A DNA stretch of 64,000 nucleotides from Dehalococcoidia bacterium (GTDB lineage: Bacteria > Chloroflexota > Dehalococcoidia > Lucifugimonadales > VXLM01): NCBI GenBank assembly GCA_963662435.1, contig OY759598.1, positions 3,504,507 to 3,568,506 on the forward strand, written 5' to 3'. A program made the translations under genes and the position numbers. How positions within the stretch are numbered: the stretch's first letter is position 1; every line of letters starts with the position of its first letter. Positions 46,194-57,441 of this stretch are shown here, piece after piece. A model generated the notes under the pieces. The model made no database searches. It saw nothing but the letters and a program-made list of their open reading frames with translations, and was not told the origin of the DNA.

Positions 46194-46385
46194 CTAATGA
46201 TAATCCACGAGGTCAACGTCGTGTATCTCGCCATCTTCAAACCGGAATGTGACTCGCCATGTGCCGGAAACTGAGATGCTCCCCATTTCTTTCAGGTTGC
46301 CCTTGAGCGGATGAAGCCTATACCCCGGTAAGTCGACATCACTAGGCATGCTGGCGATATCAAGGTCAGCCAAGGCTAGCGCGCT
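46194..46385 (-). pseudogene. higB: HigB/RelE-family toxin, C-terminal half only
   Basis: LPGYRLHPLKGNLK...SISVSGTWRVTFRF...VDLVDYH; recognisable N-terminus missing. Confidence 0.8.
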
Positions 46386-46673
46386 CCCCGCTAGTTTCCC
46401 CTTCGATACGACCTCGTCGCCGATGGATGGTGAGGGACTTGCACTCGCTACGCCGCGCAAAGCGACGTGTATGTACATGCATATATACCATATGCACACT
46501 CTTGTAGTTATGAATATATTGCGATAATGTACATATTGCTCCGCCATGTGCATGACATGAGGTTGTATCTAACCTCTTGAGCGTTGTAAAGGATCTGGTT
46601 CATTCGGCCAGATTGAAGAACGCTCACCCGGATAGTCAATGCAGAGTCCACGAACGGGTAGGACGGACTTCGC

Positions 46674-48428
46674 ATGAAGACCCAGACCATCAACCGGATA
46701 ACTCCTGTCGGCGTGCTCGTCTTGGTCGGACTGAAATATATCGTCTCTGCTGTGACGGGACAGCCCTCAGAAGAAGACCGACCTCGTTCAGTCGGGTTGC
46801 CGGGCGCAGTCGCCCACGCCGCAACCGCTCCCGACCCACCGCGTAACCTCACCGTCACCGTGCTGGGACAGAAGGCCATAAGCGCCGACTGGGAGGCCCC
46901 GACCAACGACGGCGGCAACCCGATAACCAGCTACGATCAGAGCTACGGACCGGTCGGTGAGAGCTCGACGATAGTTTCAGTATCTGACCTCTACAAAATC
47001 GTGACCGGGCTGCAACCCGGAACACGCTACGAATTTCGAGTGAGTGCGCGCAGTTCCGCAGGCAGCTCCTCCTAGATCGGGGCCTTTGCCACTACCGAAG
47101 AATCCGGCCCTACCGGACAGCACCATGATACCGACATCTCTATCAGGGGCCTTTTGAGCACGATCGATTTGGGAGGCTCCGACTCATTCACCGTCGTCGC
47201 GGAACTGGAGATAGGAAGCCACACCATCAGCGTATCGGCCAGCGGCGGTGTTGGGTTCAACAGTTCTTGCTCTAGCACGCCTCCGCCACGAAGTGTCGAG
47301 AACGACGGCACCAACCTGGTAGATCACATGTACTACTGGAGTCTCACGCTGCACGGTTGCAACACCCCCGGCGGGACGGTGACCGCCAGTGTCTCCGGCG
47401 CGAGCGACTCGCAGTACGTGACGGTGAAGATAGTGCCTAAGCCTACTGTGCCACCGACAGTTCCTCCAACGGTCCCGCCTACGTCCACACCCACGCCGGT
47501 TCCGTCTACCACCACACCCACGCCGACACCGTTTTCACGTCCAATTGCACCTGCACCGACTATCAGGGAGTACATTTCAGGTGGAACTGATGTCGATACC
47601 ATCAAGATATATTGGCGCTCCCGCTTAGGCGTGACAGATTACCGTGTGAAGTATCGCAAACAGGGTACGAACGATGCTTGGATGAGCAAATGGCTGACCG
47701 ATTACGTCATAGAAATAGACGGACTTTGGGACTGCGAGATCAAGTACGAGTTCGAAATACACGCGCGTGGCGACAACATGATCTATTCCAATACTTGGAG
47801 TGACCCGGCGACAATACGGGACATACATTCGATCTGTCCTGAAGCGTGGGGTCACCAGAAAGGTCACGCGGTGGCATGGATAAAGGGAACGTACCCGCCT
47901 TCAAAAGCGAATGCCACAGCGGGTAACGAAGATGCACTGAAGGTTTGGGAGTCCGCTATCCCACGTGGGGCAAATGCGTGGGACGGACTCGCACCGAGCA
48001 TAAGAATCTGCAAGGATTCTTGCACTGCCAATGCCGACGGCTACAAGGTCACCGTGCAAGTCGGAGTTTGCTATAACAGTGTAGCCTGCGTGTACCCGGC
48101 TACGAGTAGTTCAGATGGTCATAGGACGCCCCATACTGTAGGCACGACCATGAAGTTTGAAATGGGCGGTAAGAATTCAAAGGGTGACATCGTAATTTGG
48201 ACGACGGATTCTAGCAAGCACGGGGACCCCGGCCCGGTAGATAAAAGTGTGTGGTACTACATGAAAACAGTGGCTGTCCATGAATTCGGGCATACGCTGG
48301 GTCTCGACCACAACTGGCGATGGCCGTCCTCGATGGGCAACCCTCACCAGGAAGCCGCGTTCGGCGTGACCGCAAACGACCGGAAGCACCAGCGCGCGCT
48401 CTACTATGACCACGACCGTCACTTCTAA
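46674..48428 (+). pseudogene. Secreted FN3-repeat protein with C-terminal zinc metalloprotease (metzincin) domain, split by in-frame TAG at 47073-47075
   Basis: FN3: PDPPRNL...WEAPTNDGGNPITSY...GLQPGTRYEFRVSA; PT linker; second FN3; HEFGHTLGLDH...SSM; the two ORFs share a frame. Confidence 0.8.
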
Positions 48429-48439
48429 AGGAGACGACT

Positions 48440-50773
48440 ATGAGGACTTTCGTATTGGCCGCATTCGTCCTTGCTTTTCTAGCTTGTGGTCAGCCTGCTG
48501 ACAACCCTATCCCTCAAGTGCGAGCCCAGGAAGTCCATACGTCCAAAGTCGAAACGCCAGACGAAGCAGCCAAGCCGTCCAAGCAAGACGAAGCGCCGCC
48601 TGTGGACCAAACGGCTGAACCGTCGAAAGTCGAGGAAGTCGAACCTGCCGAATCCACGCAGGCCTACGAGCCCGAACTCGTAACTACGACCTTCCCGCCA
48701 CTTGGTATGCAATTCTCTGTACCGATTTATTACGGTCCTGCAACGATGGTACGGCGAATTGCCGATGCTGACATAATCGCCATTGTAAGTTTGGCGAGTA
48801 CGGCAACCGCCGTTGAAACCTATACACACGAAGGGCAGACCGGTTACGTTGGCGCGCTGAAGTTCACGTTCAACGTCGAGGAACTTATCAAGTCACCTGC
48901 AGGTAGCTCGCCAAGTCAACTCGTGGCTATGGCGGGTTCCTTGCAGGGACATGCCGAACGTTCCGACGCGCAGGCCAAAGCCGAGAAAATGGCAAGGGAA
49001 CGCGACATGCAATGGGACAACCGGCAGGCGATCGTGTTCCTTGCCACGCACAGTCTGGAGTTTCCGGGTTCGCTGTCCGACGACCTGCACTTCATGTCCT
49101 TCGTCGATTTCACTTATGGACTTGGTGACACCTACTCCATAGCCAGCATACGGAACCAGCTATGGTTGCCGGAGGCGAAGAATAGAGGTGGTGCGGGAGG
49201 TGCATCACAGGAACGTCGCTTCCTGACCGGCGTTCCGCAGCAGGTCCCCGACACCAGCCCTGGGGCCGCTACCACATCGACTCAGACGGAAACCCCTTCC
49301 ATAACACTTACTGACTTCAAAACGTCTGTGTCCAGCATTGAAGCTGAACTAGCCGGTCAGTCTGAAGGGTATCGTAGATGCGTAAAGGCTAATTATGAAC
49401 GCATGCAGAATGCGGCGTTCTGGGCTTCACGCGGCGATGATTACATGTCGCCTGAAACCTTCACGTCAGAAATAGGTTCGGGTGAAAAGGCCGGTACCGA
49501 AATCATTTACAACACCCGGAAGATCGTTCACGGCCCGAACGGGTGGGAGTCACGCTCTGAACTTCTGGGAACGAACGCTGCACTGTTCCGATTTGGCGAA
49601 ACCACGAAGTCGGATACGCTCACAATCGGAGGACGTGACAGCCTAAACGCTCAGAAAGCGGAAATCGAAATTGTTTGGCACGTCCAACCTATGGAAACTG
49701 TCAGGCCGCTGCCCAGCGGTTTCTACACCTTCACGTGGAAGTACCACCGGGCGGAGTACGTCCTGTGCGCACCCGACGTTTTCTACAATCACACCGTGAA
49801 CGTAACCGTCAACCCACCCGCCGGCACCCTCCACGAAGCGTTCTTCGACCCCGTCACCGACGGCTCCGCCGTAGCAGCCGACTCCTCCAACGGCGTCCTC
49901 AAACCAGCGTCCTTCACCGACGCGAACAACGCCTCCGCGACCATCCAGCGCATCGAGTGGGCATCAGGCACGGTCAAGATGAATCTCAGCTCCCACACGG
50001 GGCTCACCGGCCAGACAGTGGACTTCATCGAGCTCGACGGATCGGTGTCGCTGTCGTTGGATGTAGACGACGCCACAGTCGATTCCGCTAGCAACACCCT
50101 GAGTTGGAGCGTATCGTCGCAGCCGTGGCATGACGGCGACAAGCTCATGCTGCGGATACACAAGGCCGTGCCCGTTCCGTAAGACCTGAGCGTGTCCCTG
50201 TCGGAAGGCACATTCACCGTCTCGTGGAGCGCCGTCACCGGCGCGGCCGAGTACCGGGTTCAGCACCGCACGGGCGGCTCCGACGGCGAGGGGACGTACC
50301 TCGACACGACGACTGGCACGAGCCAGGCGTTCAGTCCCGAAAGCGGAGTAGCGTGCGGGACGACCTACGAGTTCCGCGTGCAGGCGCGCGGCGACGGGAC
50401 AACCCACTCTGCCGCCTGGGGCACTCTGTCCGAGTCGGCCTCGCACACGACGGGAGCGTGCAACCGCGCGCCGGTGTTCGACTCCGCGACGTACTCCTTC
50501 TCGATTGCAGAGAACACTTCTCCGCGGAACAGCGTGGGCTTCGTGTCGGCAACGGATCCTGACGAGGGAGACAGCCTGCTGTACTACATAACCGCCGGGA
50601 ACGGTGCAGGGCGGTTCGCCATCCGCGGCAACGAGGGATTGATCTTTGTCAATGGCGCTCTGGACTACGAGACGGTATCGTCGTACACGCTGACGGTCGA
50701 GGCACGAGACGGGAAGGAGGGCGGCACGGCTACCGCGACGGTCGACATCAGCGTGACCGACGTGGCGGAATGA
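48440..50773 (+). pseudogene. Lipoprotein of the expanded family fused in frame to FN3 and cadherin domains, separated by TAA at 50180-50182 (may instead be two genes)
   Basis: Lipobox LAC; GTLHEAFFDPVT...QPWHDGDKLMLRI; PVP*DLSVS...TVSWSAV FN3; NRAPVF...ATDPD...LDYET cadherin. Confidence 0.75.
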
Positions 50774-50838
50774 ACACCGCCAGCGCCGCAGAACCGGCTG
50801 TCATGGCGACGCGCGACAGAGTCAAGTTCCTCCCGCGC

Positions 50839-51957
50839 CTACCGGAACCAGTCGTAGTTCAGCCCCAGCGAACGGTCTTCCAGCGGCAGATCGACCCGCA
50901 CGCCTCCCATGTCGGACGAGAGCTTGAGCGCGACCTCCACCTCTAATGCCACGGCGACGCGCCTCCCGGAGTTCTTCGGCTCGTCCATCTCTCCCGCGAT
51001 GCAGCGCATCACGTCGTTCAGCGAATAGATCGCCCCGTACGGAGGCAGGAACTGCGGGACGCCAAAAGGCGTCTCCGTGCGCTGTTTGGGACCCTCCGTC
51101 CCTGGGGCGGGTGCGTCCTTGAGCAGCCGCCAACCCGACGATCCGGCGAGTCCAAATGTGAAGCTAAGCTCGCCTTCCGTCCCGGCTATTCTCACGCCGG
51201 GACTGCCCTTTCGGAAGTGGACGACCGTGCCGTCCTGGGCGACCAGCATGCCCTGACCCTGGAACTCGTCGCTGCCCGACTCGGATCGCGGCGTGTCGTT
51301 CGTTCCTATGACCCACGCGGGCGGAGAATCGAGGAAATACGACCAGTTCTGGTGTTGCGCCGCTGGGCCGTTCGCCTCTATGGAGAGCACGTCGCCGATC
51401 TCGCCGGAGGTGACGAGATGCTTCGCCCGCTCGAAGGACGGGTGAGTCGTCGAAATCGCGCCGCAGGAGAGGGGCACGCCGGCGTCGGCACACGCCTTGA
51501 CCATTCGGTCGGCCTCCTCCAGCGTGTGGCACATGGGCTTGTCGGTGACGACGCCCTTCGCGCCGTGCTCGACGGCCATCACGACGAGGTCGGCGCGTCC
51601 CTTCGTGTTCGTGGCTACGGCAACGATGTCGAGATTCTCCTGCTCGAACATCTCTCTCGCGTCCGTGTACACCGATTCGGTGCCGTACCGCTCGGAGAAG
51701 GCCCTCAGACGTTTCACGTCCCGGTCCGCCGCCGAAACGAGGTCCACCTCAGGCCTGTCCACGATCGCCTCGGAGTACGAGGTCGGGTTTCCCTCCACGC
51801 CCGGACTCTCGAAGTGGTGGAACTCCCGGTGGATGTTGAGTTCGGGGGTCGGCCTGTCGACGTCGTCCACGTGGAAGCGGTCGCCGACTCGACCCGCCAG
51901 GTCGTACAGCATGCCCATCCAGCCCAGCCCGATAACTCCGCCTCGATAGTTTGCCAT
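50839..51957 (-). CDS. Gfo/Idh/MocA family oxidoreductase
   Basis: GVIGLGWMG, LDIVAVAT, TDKPM. Confidence 0.85.
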   Translation of the reverse strand: MANYRGGVIGLGWMGMLYDLAGRVGDRFHVDDVDRPTPELNIHREFHHFESPGVEGNPTSYSEAIVDRPEVDLVSAADRDVKRLRAFSERYGTESVYTDAREMFEQENLDIVAVATNTKGRADLVVMAVEHGAKGVVTDKPMCHTLEEADRMVKACADAGVPLSCGAISTTHPSFERAKHLVTSGEIGDVLSIEANGPAAQHQNWSYFLDSPPAWVIGTNDTPRSESGSDEFQGQGMLVAQDGTVVHFRKGSPGVRIAGTEGELSFTFGLAGSSGWRLLKDAPAPGTEGPKQRTETPFGVPQFLPPYGAIYSLNDVMRCIAGEMDEPKNSGRRVAVALEVEVALKLSSDMGGVRVDLPLEDRSLGLNYDWFR

Positions 51958-51995
51958 TGTTCTTTGCCTCCAGGGAGATTCAGGTACGCCGAAGT

Positions 51996-53564
51996 CTAAC
52001 GATACGTGATTGACACTCGCACGTCGGCGAGAATGAGAGGATCGTCCCGTCCTTCGTCAGTCTCGGTCAGCCAGACGGCGATCTCGTTCTTGCCGGACTT
52101 GAGTGGTGGTGTGTCGAGCGTCCACTCGACAATCGTTCCCGGCTCGGGAATTTGCGTCAGGCTTGCCGGGGAATCATGGCTTTGATTGCGATCATAGAAA
52201 TTGTAGGACCAGCTGTCGCTCGTTTTCCTTGCATCGTTCGCGTCGAGGGCCGAACCGTTTACCTTCACGTTTATGGTATCGCCGGACCCGGCATTTTCGA
52301 GCCGGAACCCTATCGTGCAATCGCCGAGCGCGCCGTCCCTCTTAGCCCCCTCCAGGTCGTCGGCGATGGACATGGTCAGGAGAGTGCTCGGCCCCATGAC
52401 CGTCGGTTCCAGGGCGGTCGGAAGCTGGGTTAGCGGAATGGCATTCTGGAAGGAAAACCCAAGCTGGCTCGTGGGACGGACTCTGCCCCGCTTGTCGAAC
52501 TCATAACGCTTGTCGAGGCGTGAGAGAGCATCCTCGTCGACCAGTCTGCCAAGCGTCTCGCGCTTCCACTCTTCAGGCAGCCTGAAATAATTGAAGAGGT
52601 AGAGCCCCGAAGCCCCCTGCTCCCGGTACCGCGCGGCGACTGCCCTCATCGTCTGTTCGTCGAGGTTGGGTCGAAGCGCTTCGAGGCATCCGTAAATCTC
52701 AACATCCGTCCCTTCGGCGGCCGCTGCGAATTCGTCGATGGGTGTTTCGAAGGGAATGAACCCGCCCCCTGCTATCACGACATCAACCAACTCTTCCTTG
52801 ATCCACGTCTCTACGTCCAGGCCTATGCGAGCGCAGTCCCGCAGCGTAGGGGGCACCCGCACAATCAGGTCGAGCGCCTTGCCCTTCTTCTCCCCAATCT
52901 CGTCCATCTGTTGACGGATGTATGCAATGAAGTCCGTCATCAGGTAGCGATTTGGATAGGCCTCCTCGATGCGGAAGTACGCCGGGTGGCGCATGTAGTC
53001 GAGTTCTATGCCGTCAACGTCCCAACGGGACACCAGCTCGACCGCGATGCTCGCCATGTAGCTCCGGACTGCGGGGACTGCGTAGTCGAGGCCCGTTCTG
53101 ATGCCCCACTCCAGGGTTGGGCCGGGAATGTCCTCGCCCTTGCCGATGAGGTACTCGGGATTGTCGCGCCTGAGATGTGAGTACCCTGGGGTGGACTCGT
53201 CCATGTCGTAGTGCTCGTTCATGCGCACCGAGGGGAAGAATTCCACTCCCGCCCGCCTGCATAGTTCGGAGATGACCTGCATCGGGCCGCCGTGGTGTTC
53301 CATAAGATAGCGAAGGTTGTCCACGCTACATTGCTGCGTCTCGTCGAGGTTGTCGTAACCCTCGCCGAACCGCTCTCCAATGTCGGTCTCGTATGAGTAC
53401 GTGTCGTGACCGCCAACCGACCACAGGAAGCCGTCGATCGGGGTGTCCACGTACGTCCCGACCATGTTGTCCCACATGAATTCGGGTGTGAGCGGGTGGG
53501 GCGTGTTCATGATCCAGCCGTCGTCGTTGCAGAGAATGCGTCGCGAGTTTCCGCTTCGTGGCAT
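51996..53564 (-). CDS. Glycoside-hydrolase-like TIM barrel protein (GHL10-like)
   Basis: ILCNDDG, FPSVRMNE, LDYAVPAVR, DVDGIELDYMRH, GLYLFNY. Confidence 0.7.
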   Translation of the reverse strand: MPRSGNSRRILCNDDGWIMNTPHPLTPEFMWDNMVGTYVDTPIDGFLWSVGGHDTYSYETDIGERFGEGYDNLDETQQCSVDNLRYLMEHHGGPMQVISELCRRAGVEFFPSVRMNEHYDMDESTPGYSHLRRDNPEYLIGKGEDIPGPTLEWGIRTGLDYAVPAVRSYMASIAVELVSRWDVDGIELDYMRHPAYFRIEEAYPNRYLMTDFIAYIRQQMDEIGEKKGKALDLIVRVPPTLRDCARIGLDVETWIKEELVDVVIAGGGFIPFETPIDEFAAAAEGTDVEIYGCLEALRPNLDEQTMRAVAARYREQGASGLYLFNYFRLPEEWKRETLGRLVDEDALSRLDKRYEFDKRGRVRPTSQLGFSFQNAIPLTQLPTALEPTVMGPSTLLTMSIADDLEGAKRDGALGDCTIGFRLENAGSGDTINVKVNGSALDANDARKTSDSWSYNFYDRNQSHDSPASLTQIPEPGTIVEWTLDTPPLKSGKNEIAVWLTETDEGRDDPLILADVRVSITYR

Positions 53565-53757
53565 TGAGGGGCCTCCGGGCCGGGAGATGTCTTTAGTGGG
53601 GCGCTTAGGGTAACTACTATCCGGTGTCAGGTAAAGGGGGCTGTCCGGCCGGAGCGCTTGCTATGGAATGGGGTCGCCCCCATAATTGTGTGTCGAAATG
53701 CCGGATGCCTCGTATTGGAGTCGTCCGACAGACCACGCGGATGGAGATCTCCCAACG

Positions 53758-54708
53758 ATGCGAACGCGCCAACTCGGTAAAGACGGGCCAGAGGTGCCGG
53801 TCATCTGCTTCGGGACGTGGCCGCTTGGGGGCGCGTTCGGTGCTATCGAGTACGATCAGGCTATCACCACGCTGAGAGCGGCAATCGATGCCGGGCTGAC
53901 CTTTCTCGATACGGCGGAGGGCTACTTCGACAGCCAGGCCAAAATAGGCCAGGCAATCAAGGGGCGGCGTGACGAGATCTTTCTGGCCACGAAGGTCTCC
54001 GGCTCCGATCACTCCGCCGAACACATAGAGACTGCGCTGGGGGACAGTCTGAGGCTGCTGAACACAGACTACATCGACCTCTACCAGATCCACGGTCCCC
54101 AGCCTCAGTGGCCCATCGAAGACACCGTCGGAGAACTCGTCAAACACCGCGACGCTGGGAAAATTCGCTACATCGGCATCTCGAATTTCTCCGCCGACCA
54201 GACCCGCGAGGCAGCCCGGCATGGTCCCATTCATAGCTCACAGCCGAGGTATAGCCTCCTATTCCGCGACTCGGAAGAGGAGGTGCTGCCGGCCTGTCGT
54301 GAGCTTGGCATCGGGACCATCGTATACTCCGTCATGGCTAAGGGCATGTTGGCGGGTAAATACAAGCCGGGGCACGAGTTCCCGCCTGACGACGAGCGAC
54401 ACCGCTGGCCCCACTTCAAGGGCGAGCTGTTCGAGCGCATCTATGGAGTTACCGAGAAGCTCAAGGCGTGGGCGGAAGACCACGGTCGCGACATCGTGCA
54501 GCTCGCCATCGCCTGGCCCCTAGCCAATCCTGCGGTAACGTCCAGCATCGTCGGTGGCCGAACGGTCGAGCAGGTGCTCCACGACGCGCAGGCGGGAGAC
54601 TGGGTGCTGACCGAAGACGACCTTAGAGAGATCGACGAAATCCAGGGCGATCTCCGCTTGGAGGCAATTACCGTGCCGCGCTGGAGGGACCGTGATCGAA
54701 CGAGTTGA
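53758..54708 (+). CDS. Aldo/keto reductase
   Basis: LDTAEGY, LATK, YIDLYQIH, IRYIGISNF. Confidence 0.95.
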   Translation: MRTRQLGKDGPEVPVICFGTWPLGGAFGAIEYDQAITTLRAAIDAGLTFLDTAEGYFDSQAKIGQAIKGRRDEIFLATKVSGSDHSAEHIETALGDSLRLLNTDYIDLYQIHGPQPQWPIEDTVGELVKHRDAGKIRYIGISNFSADQTREAARHGPIHSSQPRYSLLFRDSEEEVLPACRELGIGTIVYSVMAKGMLAGKYKPGHEFPPDDERHRWPHFKGELFERIYGVTEKLKAWAEDHGRDIVQLAIAWPLANPAVTSSIVGGRTVEQVLHDAQAGDWVLTEDDLREIDEIQGDLRLEAITVPRWRDRDRTS

Positions 54709-55483
54709 GTCCCTCCTAAGGGGCGCGTTCGACCTTCGGATTCACACAGGGCCTGAGCCGGACGGCGAGCGCCGCACCGACTTCCTGGAGGCGGGCCGCG
54801 ACGCCTACGAAGCGGAGATGGACGGCTTCGTGCTGATGAAGCATCGCCACCCGACGGCCCTCGCGGCCTATGCCCTCAACCGTATGTATCCCGGCTTCCA
54901 TGCCGTGGGTTCAGTTGCCCTGAACACCTCCGTCGGCGGCCTGAACCCCGATGCGGTCGAGACCGCGGCAAAGCTCGGTGCGAAAGTCGTCTGGATGCCG
55001 ACGCAGGACGCCGGAACAATCAGGCTCCCTGACGCCCCAAACGACGTGGAGGCCGTGCTTGGGGTCGCCAAGTCGTTCGGCATGGCCGTCGCCTCGACTC
55101 ACGCCTCTTCCGACGACACCGAGTTGCTCGTACGCCTCGCGGGTTCCGTCGGCCTGGAGCGGCTAGTCGTGACCAATCCGACAGCGAGGTTCAGCGAGGA
55201 ATGGGCTTCAAAGCTGTTGTCGCACGAATTGTACGTCGAGTTGCCGTTCCTGTCGTACTATGACGGGCAAGACGCAGGGGAACGTTTGCGAGCGGACATC
55301 GAAAGCATGGGGGCCGACCGGTGTATCGTCTCGACGGACTTCGGTCAGTGGACGAATCCTCCGCCTGCCGAGGGGATGCGTATGGCCATCGCCGTCATGC
55401 TCGATGCGGGAATGAGCGAAGACGACATCGCCAAGGTCGTGCGGACGAACCCCCTCGACTGCGTTGGGCTGTCCGCCGACTGA
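54692..55483 (+). CDS. Amidohydrolase-like TIM barrel protein (DUF6282-like)
   Basis: FDLRIHTGP, VGGLNPDAV, VVWMPT, STDFGQ. Confidence 0.75.
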   Translation: MIERVESLLRGAFDLRIHTGPEPDGERRTDFLEAGRDAYEAEMDGFVLMKHRHPTALAAYALNRMYPGFHAVGSVALNTSVGGLNPDAVETAAKLGAKVVWMPTQDAGTIRLPDAPNDVEAVLGVAKSFGMAVASTHASSDDTELLVRLAGSVGLERLVVTNPTARFSEEWASKLLSHELYVELPFLSYYDGQDAGERLRADIESMGADRCIVSTDFGQWTNPPPAEGMRMAIAVMLDAGMSEDDIAKVVRTNPLDCVGLSAD

Positions 55484-55487
55484 CCGG

Positions 55488-57011
55488 TCAGTGCCTGAAG
55501 TGGCGGACTCCGGTGAAGACCATCGCCATGCCCTCCCGGTTCGCCGCCGCGATTACCTCGTCGTCGCGCATCGAGCCGCCCGGCTGAGCTATTGAGGCGA
55601 CCCCAGCTTGAGCGGCTGCCTCGATGTTGTCGGCGAACGGCATGAAGGCGTCGGATGCCAGCGCGCTCCCAGCGACCTTGTCGCCGGCAGTCTCTATGGC
55701 GAGCTTGATGCTGTTGACGCGGTTCGGTTGCCCCGTTCCCATGCCGACGAGTGTGTTGTCCTTGCCGAGCACTATTGCGTTGGACTTGATGTGCTTGCAA
55801 ACCTTCCAAGCAAATGCGAGGTCGGCAAGCTCTCGCTCCGTCGGCGCACGCTCAGTGACCACCTGCCATGAAGCAGCGTCTTCCTCGATGTTGTCGGCGG
55901 TTTGAAGGAGGGCGCCTCCTGATACCAGGCGCAGGTCGAAGCCATTCAGGTCACCCCCCGTCGCATTCACTTTCAGGATGCGGGTCTCTTTTCGCCTCTT
56001 GAGGACTTCAAGGGCTTCGGGTTCATAGTCGGGGGCGACGATGACGTGATACAGGACGCCCCGCATGGCCTTTGCCGTCTCAGCAGTCAACGTGCGATTG
56101 TAGGCGACGATGCCTCCGTACGCCGACACGGGATCGCCTTCCAGCGCCCTTCGGTACGCCGTCGGCTGGTCGTCGTGGACCGAAAGCCCGCACGGATTGA
56201 GGTGCTTGACTATACACGCTGCCGGTTCGGTGAAATCGGTCACGGCGGACCATGCTGCCTCAGCGTCGAGGTAGTTGGTGAAGGACATCTCGATTCCATG
56301 GAGTCGCTCGGCGTTCACGATTCCGCCCGATGCCAGCGGATCGCGGTATACGGACCCCTTCTGGTGAGGGTTCTCGCCATATCGCATGTCTGCGATTTTC
56401 TCGAAACCGACTGCGAACTGAGAGCCTGACAGCAGGTCGCCGTCGCTCAGGTAACGTGATACGGCCGCATCATATTGCGCCACGTGCCGGAAGGCCTTGA
56501 GCGCCAGACCCTTCCGCTCTTCCAGCGTCAGCGCGTTGGCCTGTCGTATCCGTTCACCGACCCAGCCGTAGTCTGCTGGATCGACTATGACGACCACCGA
56601 AGGAAAATTCTTAGCCGCCGCGCGGATCATCGTCGGCCCGCCGATGTCGATGTTCTCTAGTGCGTCTTCAAGCGTCACGTCCGGATTACGCACCGTCTCG
56701 ACGAAGGGATACAGGTTCCCGACGACCACGTCGATACCTGAAATGCCCCGCACGTCCAGCTCGGCAACGTGGGATTCCATATCTCGCCGTGCGAGGATCC
56801 CCGCGTGTATGACAGGATGCAGCGTCTTGACCCTGCCGTCCAGTATCTCCGGGAACCCCGTAACGTCTGAGAGCAATGTTACAGGCACACCTGCAGCCGT
56901 CAGTTCCTCGCGCGTCCCTCCCGTGCTGATGATCTCGAACCCAGCCTCAACCAACGTCGCGGCGAATTCGGAGGCTCCTGTCCTGTCATAGACGCTAACA
57001 ATCGCTTTCAT
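55488..57011 (-). CDS. purH: Bifunctional AICAR transformylase/IMP cyclohydrolase
   Basis: ISTGGT, GRVKTLHP, IDIGGP, RYGENPHQ, QPGGS, GVRHFRH. Confidence 0.98.
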   Translation of the reverse strand: MKAIVSVYDRTGASEFAATLVEAGFEIISTGGTREELTAAGVPVTLLSDVTGFPEILDGRVKTLHPVIHAGILARRDMESHVAELDVRGISGIDVVVGNLYPFVETVRNPDVTLEDALENIDIGGPTMIRAAAKNFPSVVVIVDPADYGWVGERIRQANALTLEERKGLALKAFRHVAQYDAAVSRYLSDGDLLSGSQFAVGFEKIADMRYGENPHQKGSVYRDPLASGGIVNAERLHGIEMSFTNYLDAEAAWSAVTDFTEPAACIVKHLNPCGLSVHDDQPTAYRRALEGDPVSAYGGIVAYNRTLTAETAKAMRGVLYHVIVAPDYEPEALEVLKRRKETRILKVNATGGDLNGFDLRLVSGGALLQTADNIEEDAASWQVVTERAPTERELADLAFAWKVCKHIKSNAIVLGKDNTLVGMGTGQPNRVNSIKLAIETAGDKVAGSALASDAFMPFADNIEAAAQAGVASIAQPGGSMRDDEVIAAANREGMAMVFTGVRHFRH

Positions 57012-57130
57012 CTAAATGCTGTACTCCTAGTACTCAGCCTTTTCAAAAGAGTCTATCGACAAAGACTTGCCCAACAGTTATTGCTATGAAAACAACCCTG
57101 GCAATCCTGTTGTAGGGGCAACCCTTGTGG

Positions 57131-57351
57131 CAATTGTTCCAACTAATTGCCATTTTAGCTATGGAAAAGCGTCCGAGAGCCAGATCGAGGTGTGTCGTTT
57201 TCGTCCAGATTCGAGTCGCTCAAATACAATCGTACTGCCAGGTGGCCCGGTCTAAGTGTGCATTGGTGCCTTTCGAGGGCGGCCATAGTGGTCGAACATG
57301 GGCAAATTAGCTACGAAACCCCCTATTTCGTCGAATTAGTTGGAGCAGATG
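57131..57351. mobile_element. 221-bp MITE with 18-bp TIRs and 9-bp target duplication, inserted in a GTAG-type REP
   Basis: TIRs CAATTGTTCCAACTAATT / AATTAGTTGGAGCAGATG (15/18); CCCTTGTGG duplicated at 57122-57130 and 57352-57360. Confidence 0.82.
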
Positions 57352-57421
57352 CCCTTGTGGTTGCCCGTTCCCGGCGCAACCCAATTTCATCCCCTTATGT
57401 GGCCTTCGCAAGGTCATGGTG

Positions 57422-57441
57422 ATTCCCGCGAGAGCGGGAAT
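57422..57441. repeat. ATTCCCGC-GAGA-GCGGGAAT palindromic repeat unit
   Basis: Perfect 8-bp stem with a GNRA loop, next to a REP family A copy. Confidence 0.7.

Noticed and set aside
47440..47530. PTVPPTVPPT...PTPTP repeat
   Set aside because: Ordinary Pro/Thr linker within a secreted protein
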